Source: Anolis carolinensis (taxonomy: Eukaryota). Taken from it: a stretch of DNA of 64,000 nucleotides. Within the stretch, counting starts at the first letter, position 1. Each line of letters opens with the position of its first letter. A program made the position numbers and the translations under genes. The DNA lies in contig NC_085842.1 of assembly GCF_035594765.1 (NCBI RefSeq), positions 303,475,749-303,539,748 of the forward strand, in the 5' to 3' direction. Below the pieces are notes generated by a model. The model was given only the letters and a program-made list of their open reading frames with translations. It had not been told where the DNA came from and did not search any database. Positions 14,369 through 28,026 of the stretch are shown here, in pieces.

Positions 14369-17300
14369 ATACACACAACTAAAATGTTCACCCAGTGACA
14401 ACTACTACTCACGTCAGCTAACCAGGCTACTCTACAACTCAAATTCTCACATATTTCACACCCAACATCGTACGATACCTCTAGCAGGTATTTATTAACC
14501 TTTTTTCCAGTATGTTGGCAAAAGCTATTCCAAAAGAATGTCTAAAAACCATACTGTCCATTTACAATAAAGTATCTGTATCTTCCTTGGCACAACTATG
14601 TTCTTAACTGGCTTCAGTATCCAAAAGAGTGAGTGATCCCTAGTTCTGCAGTACAGTATTACACTATGGAAGCTAAGTACATGTTGCATGCTGACTCCAA
14701 AGAAAGAACCAATGACTATTTAATGGAAACAGAAGTACTCCACTCCCTCAGTAATACCTTAGAAGATAGATTAACAAAGCAATCTATAAATGCTAATTCA
14801 GAAATTCAGGTGCTTCCTCCTTGACAAATGTGGATAAATGTGTGGTCTTATGCTTAATCTAGGATACATGGGAAAACTACTGTCATCTGTAATAAACAAA
14901 CTTAATTAGAAAACACTTTGAACTTTCACTGTAACCCAATTCACACCAAACCAATATTCACTCAGTAACTTTCAGTTACCCAATAATCATTCAATCAGAC
15001 TGAATAATATGGTTTGCAATAAACATGCAAAAAAACAAGAATGAAAACTGCCAGCTGTATGAGGCAATAAGGCAGGGGAGCTCTTTGTTTATCTCACTTT
15101 TCAAATCGTCATGCATGCTAGTTTTGAACTTTACCATGTAGTAGTAATGTCTGTAGTGATTTTCAAAGCTAACTGAATGTACACTGTTTTAGAGCAGCAG
15201 TACTGCTTAATCAAAGAACTCCACAAGACTAATAAGTTTAAATAGAAATGTATGACAAAAAGAGACAATAAAATTGTTGTTCCAGAACATCATTAATTAC
15301 ACCCAAGCAATATTTAGATACTGACATCCATGTTAAGCATACTTTTATTGGGATGGGGGGAAACTAGTTCAAGTTCTAAGGCACATGAAAGTTTTCCAGC
15401 CCTGTTTACAGCTACCATGTTTGAGAAGTGCCCTATAATAGAAAATGCAAATTCTGACTTGAACACACAGACGTAAGCTACATCAATTTCAACAGAACTC
15501 ATTAAATGTGCATCAGACCATAATTTAAAAGTATATGGAAGACTCATTTACTTGCAGACTTAAATCCAATCTTCTCAAAGCATAAATCAGAATCCAGCTC
15601 TCTTCCAAAATTAAATACAGACCACTTCAACTGATTTTCTTCATTGCCTATGATCTTTGAGACAGACCTCAACTTAGCGTGATAAACATTAGAATTCTTC
15701 ATTAAAAAGCATGCCATTATTTCTATTAAATTGCTGATCTCTAAACACAATAATCAAAAGTACACAATTTATTTATCCCATTCAAGATATTAATCTGCAC
15801 AGCAATAACTGGTTTAGTCATATTTAGATAACATACAAAACATGAATGAGCATATATTTATGTGCTCATTCAGAATTTGAGGCGCAATGTCCTAGGAACC
15901 AGATATCAAAAAGGGATATTGTCCTTGACCTAGATTGATTGCATATAAGGCAAAGACTCCACACAATCTATGCTGTTAGAATATATGCCAATTTCATCAA
16001 AATAAATAGGGTGCAAGAGTGTACCGGCACACAATGGTAAATGCCACCATTTGTAACTGCAATATTAAAATGAAGGCCTATACTTATTTGTAAAGTATTT
16101 TCTTAAACATAACAAACTACATTGAATTGACATCAAAAATTCAGTACATCTGAGAATCTTTGAAGTTTTATTGCAAAACATTATTTGTGTATTTAAAATG
16201 TATCCTACCTCTGTTCTCTGTAGAAACATGTTCACTAGTCTCAAAAGCCCACAAAAAGTGTATTTTCAGGCAAAATATAAAGTTGGCATAACTAAGACCC
16301 TAACTATAACTGAATCTCTGAACCATGGTACACCCATTTATTTGAAGGAGATGAAATTTAGGAGAAACTGGCACTGAGAAAATTCAATAGACATTTGTTT
16401 GTTTGACAAAACATTATCTCTTACAGTACTTTATAAAAATATGATATTACAACAAATACAATAAAACTTAAAGTGTGCACCATTAGAGATCATTTAGGAC
16501 ACAAGAAAATGTTCATCCCATTTTAGCTAAGGAATATAGCCATATATATTTAACCAACAAGTGATTTAACCTTTCAGGGTATCTGAAATTTGAGGTTTTC
16601 CTTCAGCTCTTGATTATTTCTAAAGAAATAACATCAGTACTAATCATCGTATGTAAATCAAATATTAAGACATGTCATTGTGTTGCCAAAATAATGGACA
16701 AAATCACAGGTATTTCAGAAGTTTCAGAAAAAAACCTTTGTATTAAAAATGCTGAATATTTCATCCAAAATGTATCAAACAAGAACTTTTAAATGCATGA
16801 AGACTGTAAACATTTAAAAAGGGACAGGCAGGAGCATGCATACTTAAATGAAATTAGTTCAAATCAAATCTGGAACTTAAGTGAAGAACATACTGAAGGT
16901 ATAGGACAAGGGCATAAGCTTCAATGCAATTTACAGAAAATCATATATTTAACTGAAGTGACAAAAGAATAGGTTCTAGAGTCACTTTCTTACAATTGTT
17001 TTCTGCACCCTCTTTTCCTTTCTGTAAATTAGACCTATGCTTCACATTCCTAGTACAGCTTTTTTTTAAAGTCAAAATTCAGTCACCACACACAGAAACA
17101 ATTAGAAAGAACTCATGTCTCACTCTGTAATTTATAAAGTTCAGAAAATAAAAGCTGCTTTTTCAAACTGAAAATGGTTGCTCTCCGGAGCATACAGGCC
17201 TGAGGCCCTGTTGCAAACAGTGTCTAACAGGCCCAGGCAGCACAAAGACAGGAATGGCAGATTAGTGGGAGGGAGGGAGGCCGGGTTTGGGGCTCAGCAG

Positions 17301-18079
17301 GATCTTCTGGCTTTTTAAAATTCAAACCGCTGCCTGGCCAATACAAATCACAGACACAGTACTGACTACTACATGGATTTACATCATTAAAAACATGCTT
17401 TCTACGTGACAGCTATATTCACACCACCCTTTTAAAAACACAACACTACTTCCCAAGCAACAACAAAAGTTATTTTACCAAACAGGACTACTAAACAGAA
17501 GCTAGTTTAAAAAAAAAGTCAAAACACCTACAACATCAATGTGAAAGCTGAGCGCTGGGAAAGATTAATATAACTTAATCACAACCAGAAGCCTCCTTTT
17601 GGCAGTTACATAATAAGTAGGTATTAAACAGAAATAATCAAAATCACACAAATTAACTTATTCTATAGACTGTGCATATCTACTCTGAAGTGAATTCCAT
17701 TGAGTTCAAATTAAACTTATTCCTAGGGAAGAGATCTACTGTATACAGATAATTTCTTACATTTAAATTTTTTTACAACTGTTTACCTGAAAACTATTAT
17801 ATTTCCTACCAGTTGACATTAAAATACTGCTGATGAACTTTAGACATCTGTGCTAAGAGTGATCACCCAATAACATGCACACAATATGGACACAAACAGT
17901 ATCTACCTATTTGAAAGTGGTCTATCTTTACATGAAATTAAGGAAACTTAAATTGAGTTCTACAAGATTTTAAACCATTTTAACCCACTCCTCACCATGT
18001 TTCTTTATAAGGATGGGCCACCGATTTTAATGGGATTACAGGACTATGTTTAGGATTGCTGCCTTATTTACTACAATTT

Positions 18080-18945
18080 GCTTGGAGATTCCAGAGTAAC
18101 CTTTGGCATTAAAGAAATCAACTAACTTTAAGGATCATGTGATTTTAATGTTTATATTAGGTGTTTTAATTCTATGTTTTCGTGTCTAAATGTTGTTCTT
18201 ATGTTTAATGGTTTTATTGATTTTAACATAGTTATATGTCTCTTGTTTAGATATTTGATTTGGTTTACATGTATGTTAGGCATTGAATTTTGCCATTATT
18301 ATGTTGTAAACCACTTTTGAGTCCCTGCAGGGGTGAGAAAAGTGGTAAATAAATACAGTACATTAATAAGGATACTATCTCTAGCTGGTGTTCCGTTGTT
18401 ACAAACAATATTTTTTTCTGTGTTGTGATGATTATTTACTATGCACCTTTTCAAGTGCACAGAAAAGAAAACCCTTAAAAGGTTGCATACAGCAGGCCAT
18501 GTATGCCTTGTGAGTTGGACAGGTGTTTTGTGTTCTGTCAATTCTTCAGCATGGACTGGATTTATTTATCAAGTTATCAAGACAATCTGCTGGGATTTTC
18601 ACAACTTGCAATACCAATCTTTTTTTTTTGTTCCAGCCATCTACAGTTAAAATATCGTGCAATTGTGCAAAGCGAATTAATAGGCACAGTCGCTGCCAAC
18701 TACACATAGTGTCACCAAGCACTTTATATTATTAGATTCACTATTGTTTTATATCTGCAGCTATTGCTGTATTTTATTGATTTTAACCAAGAGGTTTTAT
18801 GAAGTGAGATATTTATGTTGGTTGTTATTGTTTTATGTTGTTTCTGCAATTTCTGTATTTTGTATGTTGCACCTTGAGTGCTTTGCAAGCCGCCCCGAGT
18901 CCCTCTGGGAGATGGTGGCGAGGTATAAAGTTTTATTATGATTAT
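18080..18945 (+). mobile_element. Two LINE 3'-UTR fragments (~18080-18360 and ~18715-18945)
   Basis: T-rich bodies ending in gagtccc...g(a/t)gg stem-loops with short AT tails. Confidence 0.6.
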
Positions 18946-18949
18946 AATT

Positions 18950-20450
18950 ACACGCACCAAGTGCGTGCGAGCGCCCGTCTCCTTCCCTTTCCCCCCTTCT
19001 TTTCTCCTGCCGGGTGTTTTTATCTGGGACTTTTTCTTTTTCTCCCGCCGACCCTGAAGTTGTAAATAGGGCCCAGGTCGGGCGCCCAGCCGCGGTTTTG
19101 ACTGTATTGTTTCCTCCTCCCACTCTTTGCTCTCGGGCGCCGAGCGAGGCCTGTGACAGGGAAGAAGCCACTTCGCGGCTCTAATAATCCCCGAGCTGGA
19201 GTGGAAGCGCTGTCCGCTGGGCCTGCGCCCTCCTCCGGGCCTGGCCTTCTCCAGCAACTCCGAGGCAACCATTCACATCGAGGAGGCGGAGAGAAACGTG
19301 AAACACCCCCGGCTGCCACTCATTATTATTTCCCCCCTCCCTCGCTTTTCCCACACCGGCCGAAAAGGCTAATCCCTTGCTCTGCTTCCCGACTGGGCCG
19401 CCTCGCCTGAGAGAGGCAGAGAGGAGGCCCAACGCGCCGCCTGCCTGGAGAGAAGCAACCAAAACCAGGGGAGGGGGAGCTTTTACCTGAACGAAACGCC
19501 GTCTGAATCCAACAAGGGGGGGGAAAGGCCACCCCCTCCCTCCTCAGAGGATCCGCCGCTGGGCCGCGGAGGAGGAGGAGGAGGAGGAGGAGGGGAGATA
19601 ATATAACAACAATAATCCGGGCCGGGAGGGGGGCTGGCTCCTCTTCCGCCTCCTCCTGAGTGCAGCGAACATGTAGAGAGCCGCCGAGGGGAGAGCGGCC
19701 GAAGGAAGCGAATCCCTCAAGTCGCCGTCGCCTTCCTCCTCCTCCTCTTTCTCCTCTTCTTCTTCTTGCCTCTCCTCCTCCTCCTTGCCGTCGTCCTCCC
19801 ACCGAGCCTAATTCACCACCAACATCCACACGACGCCAAGGCCGGGCCCAGCCGGATCCGATAAACACCTCCTCGCGCACAGACCGAGCGACCCCGGCGG
19901 GGAGGGGGAGGAAGAGGAAGGGAGAGAGAAGAGAGGGAAGGAAGGAAGGAGGAAGGGACGGAGGGAGGGGGATCTCCTCGGCCGCGGCGCTCGCTCCTTC
20001 TCTTCCGCCGCCGTCACCGCCGCCTCGGCCTCCGCCTCTCTCTCGCTCCCCTTCCTTCCTGGCTCCCTTGCTCGCTTCCCTTCCCTTCCTGGGCGTGCTG
20101 GGGCGGGGCGGGCAGGGAGGGGGCGCCTAGGCCACGGCGAGTCGGTCCCGGGAAGGGAGGAGGGAGGAAGCGGGGGAGAGAGAGAGAGAGGGCGGAAAAA
20201 TAGGAGCCTGCGTAAACGCGAGCGTCGCTCTCGCTCCCTCTCAGAACAAAATGCCGACCGGAAGTGCAGCTGGAGGAATGACTCCCTCCACCGGCGCCAA
20301 ACACCAACAGCCTCCCCCTTCGGCTCCTGCCTGCTTGCCTTCTCCTTTGCCCGCTTCGTTCTCTCTTTTTCTGCCGGGAGAGGGACTTCAGTCCGCTTCG
20401 AAGGATGCGATTAGCGTCGGCAGCTTAGACTTCCAACCAAAGGATCCTCC
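18950..20450. promoter_or_regulatory. CpG island / promoter of a host gene
   Basis: Abrupt GC- and CpG-rich block. GC boxes (GGGGCGGGGC ~20100), ETS/GABPA site CCGGAAGTG at 20258-20266, and an adjacent YY1-like AAAATGCCG. Confidence 0.9.
19487..20100 (-). other. Putative non-coding first exon (5' UTR) of an unidentified minus-strand gene
   Basis: Donor CAG|GTAAAA with GT at 19486-19485. GGA/GAA-rich leader. No coding exon recognised in 1-19486. TSS is approximate. Confidence 0.55.
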
Positions 20451-20559
20451 ACACTGCTTGCCACCAGACGAAGAGGAGAACATCATTGCTGTAGCCACTA
20501 CAAACAACTTGTATCTATTTCAAGGCAAAACGAACTTGGGCTATTTTTTCTAGCAGAGG

Positions 20560-20792
20560 AGTCATAGGCAAACCTGGGCCCTCCAGGTGTTTTGGACTCC
20601 AACTCCCACAATTCCTAACAGCCGGTAGGCTGTTAGGAATTGTGGGAGTTGAAGTCCAAAACACCTGGAGGGCCCAGGTTTGCCCAAACTTTGGTCCTCC
20701 AGGTGTTTTGGACTCCAACAGCCGATAGGCTGTTAGGAATTGTGGGAGTTGAAGTCCAAAACACCTGGAGGACCCAAGTTTGCCCATGGCTG
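20560..20792. mobile_element. Palindromic hAT-type MITE, partially duplicated in tandem
   Basis: Fold-back ggcaaacctgggccctccaggtgttttggac...gtccaaaacacctggagggcccaggtttgccc present about 1.8 times. Confidence 0.8.
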
Positions 20793-21007
20793 ATACAGAT
20801 TTAACCTAGCATTTTTTGTTGTCTATCCAAGTGGCTCTTTTATTCTTTTTTCTTTCTTTCTGCATTTCTTTTTCTTTCTTTTTTTTGTTTTTGTTTCGTA
20901 TCTTACTTTCTGATGTCCCCAGGAATAGCTACATTTTCAAGATAATAAGGCCGGACGTTGTGAGGAAGAAGATCCTTCGAACTGTCCAAAAGAAATAATT
21001 TTGTTTT

Positions 21008-21695
21008 GTTGTCAAAAGCTTTCATGGCTGGAATCACTGGGCTGCTGTGAGTTTTCCAGAGCTGCATGACCATGTTGCAGAAGCATTCTTTCCTGACGTT
21101 TTGCCTGCAATCTATGGTATGGCAGGCATCCTCAGAGGTTAATGAGGTATGTTGGAAACTAGGGTGGGAGCATGAAGTCTTGTCTGTTTGAGGCAGGTAT
21201 GAATGTTGCAATTGGCCACCTTGATTCGCATTGAATAGCCTTTCAGCTTCAAGGCCTGGCTGATTCCTGCCTGGGGGAATCCTTTGTGGGGAGGTGTTAT
21301 CTGGCCCTGATTGATTCATGTCTGTAATTCTTCTGTATTTTCAATAGTGTTCTTTATTTACTGTCCTGATTTTAGAGTTTTTTTTTAAATACTGGTAGCC
21401 AGATTATGTTCCTTTTCATAGTTTTGAAAATGAACCATGAAACACCAGACCTTGAAGCTGAAAGGCTATTCAATGCTAATCAAAGTGGCCAATCGAAACA
21501 TTCACACCTGCCTCAAACAAACAAGAGTTTTTTCTCCCACGCTGATACATTCCACAAATATATAAACCTCACTTGACTACTTTCCAACAAAACTCACAAT
21601 CTCTGAAGATGCCTGCCATAGATGCAGGCGAAACGTAAGGAAAGAATGCTTCTGGAACATGGCCATACAGCTCAGAAAACTCACAGCAACCCATT
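21008..21695. mobile_element. Penelope-like fragment with inverted pseudo-LTR (21008-21425 minus, ~21445-21695 plus)
   Basis: Both arms match 46750-47160, in opposite orientations. Confidence 0.85.
21600..21640 (+). ncRNA. Minimal hammerhead ribozyme motif in Penelope pseudo-LTR
   Basis: CTGAAGA core, stem II GCCTGC/GCAGGC, GAAA, palindromic ACGT stem III, 3-bp stem I. Confidence 0.7.
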
Positions 21696-24600
21696 TGTTG
21701 TTGTTGTTTCTTTAAATTGTTCCTGCATGGCAAAGGGATGGACTGGGTGGCTATTGTGGTCCCTGTCAAGTCTATTATTATTATTTGATTACCAGTAATT
21801 CTTGAAAAAATAATTGTCAAGATTCCATATAAAGGGGAGGAGGGACTCCAAGGGGAGGTGTTCTCTTAAGAAGAAATGTATCTCATTCTTTCATTAGATG
21901 AACCACTGGACAACTGTTTTTGTTGGCATCTGTTTGGATTTTTTACGTATTAAAAGCCACTTTTGTGGGTGATTTCTCAATGAAGAATATTGCTGAATTT
22001 AAAGGTGATGAAAAATGGGTCTTCACTGTGCTTCCTTGAAACCGGGCTGCCTCTTGTCTTTCTAAGTGGCTCTTGTCTTCTCTTTTTTTCCTTTTCCTTC
22101 TCTGTTTTCTATCTCACTTTCTGATGTCTTCAGGAAAACCTGGAATTCACAGGCCTGATGTTGTGAAGATAAAGAGATGCGATTTGACCAAAATAATGTT
22201 AATGAATTGTTCCTGCTTGATAGGGGGATCGATTGGATGGTCCTTGTGCTCTCTTCCAAGTCTATGATTCTAAGGAGTTGTTTTTTTAAAAAAATAATTG
22301 TCAAAATTACAGGTAAAAGGAAAAAAAACTTCCAAGGAAGATGTACGAATGTCCTTAGGAAGAAGAAATGTGTGTCTCATTCTTTCATTCCCAGAAGGAC
22401 TATTAAACAACTACTTCTGTTTGCATGGAGGTTTTTTTTTTTTACATTAATTGCCACTTTCGTACTTGTAAGCGTGTTTTTATAAGGCAAGGATATCGTC
22501 GTATTTAAAGTTGATGAAAAATCTAGGTTTCTGGGCCATACACATTTTTTCCAAAATGATGTTTTGTGAAGAAGGTAACATGAAAGGGAACTCCATGAAG
22601 GTTTCTTAGCTGGCTGATTCCTGCCTGATTTCTCACAGATAGCTTAATTATGGGTAGTGATGCAGGCTTTAGAGAAGGGGACAATGACAACCTGGAAAGC
22701 TCATCCTTTTTCTCTTCAGATAAATTGTTGTACAGTGGAGCTGAACAGAAAGTTATAATTCAGGTAAGTTCGCCGAAATGCCTGCTTTGGATTCTATTAA
22801 TTAAGCATTCCAAAAATATTTTGAATGGGCTGATCTTTAAATATAGTTGTTTCAGTCAGTTCTCCACAAAGTTGAGAACTCAGCCTTATGCAACTGCCTA
22901 AGAGCAGTAAGAATTACAAGACTGAAGTCGAGCACTATGGCTTTGAATTGAGGAGTCATATTTACAGAGATTGTTCTGAGTAAATTAGCAGTGTACAAGT
23001 ATAATTTAATTTTGTCATGTGCCATCAAGTGCATTTCTAGGTATGACAGCCCTATACATAAGAGATTGCCCAGAGACTTAGCTAGTAACGTCATTGCTCA
23101 GGTTTTTACAGATGATGCATAATAGAGCTATATACTATATAAACATAATTTCTGCAGATTTTTGGAAACTCAGAAGCATAACTACATATTTTGGGCTTTA
23201 CATGTACTTTACACATTGATTTAAGAGTTAATAATGATATCTGAGAATATGTCCTGCTAGTGATGAACTTAATCGTAAATAATTTTTGGGTGGGTTTCAA
23301 TGGGACTTAATTATTTCATTAGTTGGGTTGAAATCAAAATCTTTTAGTTGCCTTTATCCTGCAAAATGCACTACTGTTAGAAGGGACATAGATAAATAAA
23401 CATGTGAATTAGCTTAATTTTTAAAAACATACTTTTTTTCAGTGCTTCTGTAGCTATGGGTAGATTTCTTGAAAGGGTTCTGTTTCACTATAAATGTTTA
23501 AAAATTGTGATATGGTGAAAATAAAAAAATTCTGGAAAATGTTTATGTATAAAATTCTTATTTTACAAATTCTGTACATGTGTCCTGACAAAAGGTCAGG
23601 CAAATAAAGGTATAATTATAAAGGGTGGCAAGAATTAATCATATTTTATTTTATATTTTGTTTATATGGTATGTTAATTCATATTTTGCCACTCTGGCAG
23701 GTTTTTGTTCTTTAAATGTATGTATATTGATTACTTCTTATAGATTTGATACCATTTGAACTACATGTTTATAATGATAAAATACCTGCATTTAAAAACA
23801 TAGTTTTGTAATGGAAAACATCTTTAAATTAAATATATTTCATGTTGTTTGGATTTAAATATTATGCAGTTTAATTTGTCATATCTAAATAGCAGCCTTT
23901 GGCATATTTTGCTTTGTGCAGTCAAGAAACTTTTTTTAGCGTGGACTATTCAAGTCAAGCATAAATGTAAAGAGCCAAATTGTGCCCTCCTGTGGAAAAA
24001 ACATAAAAAGGCCTGAAAACTCCGAGTTATTTCTAGAAAGTCTTAGTGGGAAATGAATGTAATTCCTTTTGCATACCTATACCTACAACTTAGTGATAGA
24101 CAGTAAAATACAAGTATTTTCTTGTCAATTTGCTATTTTATGAAATAATTCAGGGACCAACACTTCTTGGAATAAGGCTGTATACACAAGCAAAATAATT
24201 TCTCCTTGTTTTGATACCGGCACTGTTTTAACGCATGATGTTTAGCTTTTTAAACCAAAACACTTCTTTTAGACATGTGAGGGTTCTAACAGAATTTTAA
24301 AAACACTGTTTTTACTTTTCATTTTCTGGGAAACTCCAGATTTTTGAACATGTGCCCTATGCACTTAATCAGGATTGGGGTAGGGTGGGGATGGAGTGAT
24401 TGGAGGGCAGAACAGGTTGATGGTTGGATAGGCCCTTGAAATGTGGATTTGCAGTTTTGAATGTTAATTTTTAAAGGTGAGAGAGTGCTCACTAGGATTT
24501 GTGTGGTAATTTAAAATATATTTATTTTATTAAATTTTATTTCATGAGACTCTGAGTCTCTTCAGCAGGAAGGGTATAAAGGGATTTGGAAGTTCCACTA

Positions 24601-26289
24601 ATCTGTCGCTGCATCTCTCACTAGGAGAGTATAAAGAGGTTGGATAGAGAGAAAAAATACACAAACACAACACCCCCCTCCAAATCTGTCACAAATCTGT
24701 TTATGATCAATAGTGATCATGATTAAGGGTGAGGGAGTAAATCTGACCCTGCAGCACTCTAGTTGCACCACTGGTTCTGCCAAAGCTTCCATAAGAGCAG
24801 CCTCTAGCACTCCTTTTTCTGCTTCCTGCCATTGCCACTTTCCTCTCTTCTAGTCCCCCCTTCCTTGTTCTGCTCCCTCTGTTGGCCCTGCATACCTGCA
24901 CACCAGCTGCACTCCCTCCTGTATGTGTGTGGGGACCTTTAAAGTTCCCTTGTTCACTCATGATCACCTACTAGGGCACAAAGGGGGAAAGGGTTGAATG
25001 AAAGTGCTATCCAGTGAGAGCGTAAATAAGCCTATTGGTTGATAGCTTTATGTATGCCAGGCAGAAAAAACCAGCTGCTGCTGCAGATCATGTGTCTGAA
25101 AATAATACAATACAGTAAACATGTGAATGTCGGGTATACTTCCTTTGGTCCTAACGGGCAGAGGGGACTGCGTAGCTGTCAATACACATTAGGACTGGAT
25201 TATAATGGGTCTATCTAACAAACAAGTCAAACCAGAACAGGATACTTCACACTGGAGCTGAATTGTTTTGCTGGTGTGGACCCATCCTAAATTCAGAATG
25301 CACAAAGTTAATGTGCAGGATCATGTAGACAATGATATCGAACCTAATTTACAAAGCGGTCTTCTAAATGTGCATACTATCTGGAGGGTGATGAGCAACA
25401 GTTGTTAGACATGTACAAATTTTTCAACAGTAAAGAATAACAATAATTTCTTGTTGAAATTGTTACTATGATACTATCACTAAGTTGGGGCAAAGTGTAA
25501 GGAAGATAGAAATACACCCATGTGTGCTACATAGTGTAACTGCTAGATGCATTGGGTTGATATACAGAAAATAGAATTTCAAAAACCGGCTTGAGATAGT
25601 AATAAGTACTTCAGCATCCCAGCTAAACTAGATATCATCAGTAAGACAAAACCTTGTCCCTTAAAAGTCTCAGTTGTGACATAAGCATTCATGCACATAA
25701 TATATTTGTTAAGCTTTGAGATTTTACAGAATTTCTGGCTTACAGACTAACACAACTTTTATTCTGGGATTTAAAGTCTCACATGATCTTAAACTTGAAT
25801 CACAATGAGGTTAGAATAATAAGATCTCTATTATGAAAAAGGGGTTTGTGACTAATTTGATGGGGTGGAGTGGGGCAGCAAAGAGCTTTCTACTTTTTTA
25901 TTCTTTAATATCTTTTAAAATTCAGTTTCCGCAATTATTTTTAATGGGAGGGGAATTAAACATGTTAAATTCAGGCTGGCATAGTTAAAAGGCTTGATAC
26001 TGGAACCACAAGTTACCAGTTTGCCCCGGAACTCATTTTATAGTCTACATCTACAGAGCTTTCTGGTAAGCTTAACGGGATTCTGGATTAAATGAGCTAT
26101 CTGTCAGTGTGGAGAAAAATCATTACAAAGCCTTATAAGGAAAAAGCTGGAATTAAAATATATTTAATTTTTTATTTAGTATCAGTTTAACCAGACTGGC
26201 AATAACTTCTCTGCTCTAAAAGTTTGTAATCACTCCAGTACCAAGCTTACACACAAAGATCTATGTTCCTGTTGTTATTATTTTCATCC

Positions 26290-26995
26290 ATAACTCACCT
26301 TTTTCACAGTAATGGTACTCAAGGTGGCTTACAACATATTAAACATACAAATAAAGATAAACAAAAGCTTCAACTAAAGAATAAATATAAAAATATTTTA
26401 GAGCCAGTTTCCATAGTTAAAACATTAAAATTCAACATAACAATGTTTTAACTTTGACAGATGAAAAATAATAATGGTGCAATCCTAGAAAGAATTCTAA
26501 AGCCTGGGAGCAGCCACCAAACGAGCCTGATAAGGTGGTGGGACAGAGAAGGGCCTCTCCAGAATAGCTTGGAGCTCTTAATGCGCTCATAAAGGGAGTT
26601 GCAGTCCTTCAAATAGCCTGATCCAAACTGTATAGGGTATACAAGTGATAACAAATACTTTGAACTGTGCTTAGAAACAGACTAGCAGCAGTGGAACTGT
26701 TGGAACAAAGGAGTTATGTGCTACCTGTTGCCAGCTCTATAAACAATCAGGCTACAACTCTTTAGGTCAGCTGAAGTTTTTTAACATGTGTCAAAGACAC
26801 CTGCATATACTGCACATTGCTGCTGTGTTTTCAAGTAATTTCGGATTTATGGCAACCATAAGACAAACCTATCAGAAGGACGTAATCAAGGCAAGCATTA
26901 TCATGGCCAAATCAGAATTCTCCAGGAACAGAGACATTTGGGACACTAGTTTTAATTACAAATTCGATCTAGATCACTTCTGAAACCTGAGCCTC
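26290..26995 (-). mobile_element. Old degraded L2 fragment
   Basis: tactttgaactg...gtggaactgttggaaca and gaagggcctctcc segments resemble 8280-8620. Confidence 0.55.
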
Positions 26996-27174
26996 TAGGC
27001 TCAAAGTTGAATGTAGATGTATGTTCAAATTGCAAGCCCACATCTTCCAGAGGTTTCATGTACTGCATATATTATTATTATTTTATTTCTTACCTGCCTC
27101 TCCTCACAGCTCTGCAAAGTAACAAAGTCTTCTAATTCACAGGGGAAAAAATCAGAGCAAAGGGAGAGGAAATA

Positions 27175-27494
27175 CAGTAGAGTCTCACTTATCCAACACT
27201 CGCTTATCCAACGTTCTGGATTATCCAACACATTTTTGTACTCAATGTTTTCAATATATCGTGATATTTTGGTGCTAAATTCATAAATACAGTCATTACT
27301 ACATAGCATTACTGCGTATTGAACTATTTTTTCTGCCAAATTTGTTGTCTAATATGTTTTGGTGCTTCATTTGTAAAATCATAACCTAATTTGATGTTTA
27401 ATAGGCTTTTCCTTAATGCCTCCTTATTATCCAACATATTCGCTTATCCAACATTCTGCCGGCCCATTTATGTTGGATAAGTGAGACTCTACTG
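27175..27494 (+). mobile_element. Tigger-like MITE, same family as 11262
   Basis: Same TIRs, TA TSD, near-identical interior. Confidence 0.92.
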
Positions 27495-28026
27495 TAGTAG
27501 GAATTCGGGGGGGGGGGGGGGAGAGATATAATTCATGTATGCTAGTTTAACATTCTTTGTCCAGTTCACTTTGTCATCGCAATGAATATATTAATCAGTT
27601 CATCAATGCTAGGATGTCTGTGTTGCAATCCAACTACTGTTTGTTAATGACACTGTTAAGGAAATGATCAATGTCTGAACTTTATGCATTTCAATTTCCT
27701 TTCAACCCACTGATTATATCCGAATGTACATAATACTCTGCCTAATGATGCAGCACTTCAAGCATTTGAAGTGGGCTACAATTCATTAACAGAGCTGAAC
27801 CTGTCATTGGACAGAGAGAAAGATAACTGCCTCTGAAAGTAAGATGGCAGTACTAGTGAGGTGCACCGCCCCCCTCCACTCTGAGAGTTTTCCACTAGTG
27901 CTGGACCAACCTATTTCCTTTCCAGTCCAACCTTACCTTATCTTGCTTTACAACAATAGAGGGAAAATAGCTATATTATATGTACACATGAATTGTAACT
28001 GAAATTGTAAGCAGCTATATTATATA

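Noticed and set aside
15544-15750. Possible coding exon of the minus-strand host gene
   Set aside because: Weak donor, no clear acceptor and an unrecognisable peptide.
18724-20553. Several 85-184 aa ORFs across the CpG island
   Set aside because: Low-complexity R/G/P-rich translations on both strands are expected in GC-rich DNA. No domain is recognisable, so the host gene could not be named.
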